Source of the DNA: Macrostomum lignano
Taxonomy: Eukaryota
Assembly (NCBI GenBank): GCA_002269645.1
Contig: NIVC01001510.1
Span: forward strand, 212,431-276,430
Reading direction: 5' to 3'
Length of the DNA: 64,000 nt
The notes under the pieces were generated by a model that searched no databases, was not told the DNA's origin, and worked only from the letters and a program-made list of their open reading frames with translations. Position 1 is the stretch's first letter; the number at the start of each line of letters is the position of its first letter. Positions 61,244 to 64,000 of this stretch are shown here, one piece after another. Made by a program: the position numbers and the translations under genes.

Positions 61244-61398
61244 GCGCAACCTAGGGATTCACCCGCCGTTTCTATTGGCAACACACACATGTAAGTCGCT
61301 ATTGGACGGAATAGTAGTCACGTGATTGCTCTCAGTCAATAGCGAATTACATGTGTGTGTTGCCAATAGAAACGGCCGAGTGATTCCCAAGGTTGCGC
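61244..61398. repeat. Long inverted repeat (about 61-bp arms, about 32-nt loop) in a TM9SF2 intron
   Basis: CCGTTTCTATTGGCAACACACACATGTAA pairs with TTACATGTGTGTGTTGCCAATAGAAACGG; the arms extend with few mismatches. Confidence 0.9.
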
Positions 61399-61460
61399 AT
61401 GTATGATGTCATAGGGACTAAAAAAGCCGAAACTATTGGAAAGAGTGCAGTGAGGCAGAC

Positions 61461-61819
61461 CTGGAACTAGTTGAGCAGGCGTCGCGCCGTTCGCCTTTCT
61501 CGGTCCACATAGCAACCAACAGGGAAGCCGGGCGCGCAGAACTGCTGCCCGCTGTCAACCGTATAGCACCAGGTAACAGGCAGATTGTCCATGATCCAGT
61601 GGCTGGTAGTTTCAATATGATGCTATTCCTCAGAAACTGCAGCTTCTCCAGACTAGACTTGGACTCTTTAGTATACTCTTTTGTGCAGACGAGTTTGCAG
61701 TTGACCTTCCTTGAGAAAGTTCACAGTGTAAGGGCTTGGCCGGATTCGCTCGCCAAACACAACCTGGCCGAGGTTCTCACGGGCTGGACGAGTCGCTTGG
61801 CGACTCGCAGAAGTCGAAC
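61461..61819 (-). pseudogene. TM9SF2: TM9SF2 lumenal-domain exon with five frameshifting indels as assembled (pseudo-exon or sequencing error)
   Basis: Changing frame recovers FDFCESPSDSSSP/ENLGQVVFGERIRPSPYTVNFLKE/VNCKLVCTKEY...LRNSIIL/NYQ/HWIMDNLPVTWCYTVDSGQQFCAPGFPVGCYVD/EKGERRDACSTSS. Splice sites are intact and phase-compatible, but the length of 359 is not 3n. Confidence 0.85.
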
Positions 61820-61910
61820 CTGTGGATAGTTAAGTTAATGATATAAAAAACGGAATTGAGCACAGGCAGACTAAGCTCAGCTTAGCAGAACCGTGACTGC
61901 GGGGGCTCAC

Positions 61911-61971
61911 CTGTCATACTCGTATGGCAGAACAGACTGAGTGGAATCCAGTCTGTTTACAACAGCGGGAC
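61911..61971 (-). pseudogene. TM9SF2: TM9SF2 upstream exon with a 1-nt deletion as assembled
   Basis: VPL(F)VNRLDSTQSVLPYEYD(R) needs CTGTTTGTA; the sequence has CTGTTGTAA, giving TAA in frame. GTCGCAG acceptor and GTGAG donor. The signal-peptide exon was not found and is probably beyond 64000. Confidence 0.82.
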
Positions 61972-63166
61972 CTGCGACTAAAATCAGCAATTGATAGCAT
62001 GGATAAGCATTGGTAAAACAATAATTTTGCCAATTATTGTCATCTATGAATGTATAGCCATATTTAAGAGATTGTGGACTTAAATATGTTAAACTTGTAT
62101 TATTTTTAAGATAAAAATACTATTTTACCCTGCATAGTAGTAAAATGTATTTATCAATACTAAGCTAGAACTTGTAAGGACAATTTGTTTTGATTACTAA
62201 TAATAAGAAATTTCATTTTGATCTAAGCAGCTAAATAGAATAGAACTATAAAGCCACCATTTAAATTTCACAAGCAAAGAAAATGTAAATAAACTATATA
62301 TTCATATAAAAGTAAAATTGGACTTGTATTTATGCCTATAACAATATATGAGCTCAATATACTATTAAATAATAGATCAGGGCAATAGTTCTCAAAAATA
62401 TTTAGCATTCAATTATATTATACTTCATTATTTGAATAAATAATATTAGAAGTTTTATATGAATATACATCTTCTATATATATACATATACACAAATAAA
62501 TATATTCATAAAAATTCCTCTAATATTGACCCAATTAAAATAAACTTAACTATAGCTAAACTATGCTTAAATGTATAATAGACCTAGGCTATGTCTAGAC
62601 CTTAGAATAAATATTTCTTTGGTAATTAGAATATCAACTTTCTTTTTCTCACCTAGCCTGGGTTTTAAGTAAACAGGTCAACTACTATATTCATATAGTA
62701 TAGTAGCTGTGATAGTTTATGGCAATCTTTGGAAAAACTGCTTAATTTGTCTTTGTCAATGTTCAAAAAATTGCTAAAATTAGAACAAAGTATAGCAACA
62801 TTAATATATACTACTAGTTTGATATTGATTTCTAAGATTTTAAACTTAGTGTCTAAATTTATAGTTGAAATTATATCAACATGATAATTTTAAAAAGTTA
62901 GAATTAATTAAACATTTAGGTATTCTAAATAAGAGATAATATAATAAATATGCATATAGGCAAAATCAAAAATGGTGACAAGTTTTTCAAAACTGTTTTT
63001 TTTATAATTTGAAAGCAATGAGGTTATAAAATAAAATGATTTTAGTTTTAAACATTAAAACAGGTAGAGTAAAAATAAAGATACTTTGGTAAATTGTATT
63101 TTAAGACTTAGAAACTTATAGTTGATACCTAATAGTAATTGTCATAGGCCTTTCAGCTCTCTCTAG

Positions 63167-63360
63167 AAATCTCAACTGCTGACACCAAGTTGTCAAAGTG
63201 TTTCTTGTTCTCTCTATTTAAATCTCAACTGCTGACACCAAAGTTGTCAAAGGCGTAATTGCTCTCACTGAAATTATCCCACTACTGCAACCAAGTTGTC
63301 AAAGGCTGATTCTTCTGTCTCTTCAAATGATTCCAGCTGCTCACTAAAGTTGTCAAAGGG
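63167..63360. repeat. Degenerate about 55-60-bp tandem repeat (AAATCTCAACTGCTGACACCAAGTTGTCAAAG core), about 4 copies
   Basis: AGTTGTCAAAG recurs at about 63189, 63242, 63294 and 63348. Confidence 0.7.
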
Positions 63361-64000
63361 CTAAACTCCTGTTTATAAATGTTGGTAGCTGCCACCAAGA
63401 CTATTCTATTAATAAATTATGAGTTTATTAATCTTAGAATAAGTCTGAGAATATTTCTTAGAATAGGTCTGAGTATTTAGTCCTGAGTATTATTCTTAGA
63501 AAACTATTAGCCTTGAAAGATTTTACTCCTCTGTTATTCTGGTAAGCATTTATTCTGATTCCAGTAGCGTTCACTGTACTTTTGGCCTGAGCAGTCTACT
63601 AGCTATACTGTATATATATTTTATGTACTTTGCAAGTCCTTGGCATTACCAAGATCAGAGGGTCACAGCCTTCGGTTATTCTTACACATATCACTTCAAT
63701 CTGCTTCGTATTCTCTTACTACTCAATACTGCTGCTTCTCAATAGTATGTACTGTATACTCTTCAGTCTATTTCACTCTCACTTCTTAAAAAGAATCAAC
63801 ATAGAAAACACTTCTTCAATTCTTATTTTCTTGGAACTATTATTCTTTGATATGACTGTTTTGTTAGTGAACCGCGATGCGCGAGGTTGGTCTTTCCTCT
63901 GGCCAAAAATGCTTCTATTTATACTATAAAATTTGCTACAGTTTTAAACAAAAATTTGTTAGCGCAAAATATTATAGAAAATACAAGTATTAAAAACAAA

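Noticed and set aside
62000-64000. Search for the TM9SF2 signal-peptide / FYLPG exon; ORF 63630-63929
   Set aside because: No FYLPG-like codons were found on the minus strand. The plus-strand ORF is AT-rich, hydrophobic by composition and unsupported.
1-64000. tRNA, rRNA, snRNA, spliced-leader RNA, and transposase or reverse-transcriptase ORFs
   Set aside because: I saw no cloverleaf with A/B boxes, no rRNA or snRNA signatures and no catalytic motifs by eye. Covariance-model searches were not possible.

Overview
Eukaryotic (animal) genomic DNA with spliced genes. There are no prokaryotic operons, CRISPR arrays, rRNA or tRNA. About a third of the window (roughly 22 kb, hand estimate) is minisatellite arrays, many of them inside introns. 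That style, with GC-rich low-complexity coding exons, suggests an invertebrate such as the flatworm Macrostomum, but this is inference only. Genes reconstructed by hand with GT-AG junctions and phase checks, left to right: (1) the start of a synapsin gene, minus strand, running off the left edge and absent from the ORF track; (2) a 4-exon glycine cleavage H protein gene (-); (3) a 4-exon synaptogyrin gene (+), head-to-head with (2); (4) a 3-exon calmodulin/myosin-light-chain-like EF-hand gene (-); (5) an unidentified coiled-coil protein gene (+), head-to-head with (4); (6) an intronless FoxG (+) in about 26 kb with no other recognisable gene; (7) a 5'-partial TM9SF2 (-). Most notable observations: a 158-bp solo-LTR-like insert (TG...CA ends, 5-bp target duplication) inside a 31-bp satellite, triplicated as an exact 1,925-bp higher-order repeat; six frameshifts in two otherwise well-conserved TM9SF2 exons; a 1,218-bp stop-free, in-frame satellite intron in TM9SF2; related satellites flanking coding exons; an orientation switch within an intronic satellite; and many arrays converging on 29-32 bp or 15-16 bp periods. 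I did not find a clear new multi-gene system. The best candidates for new biology are in satellite and mobile-element dynamics.
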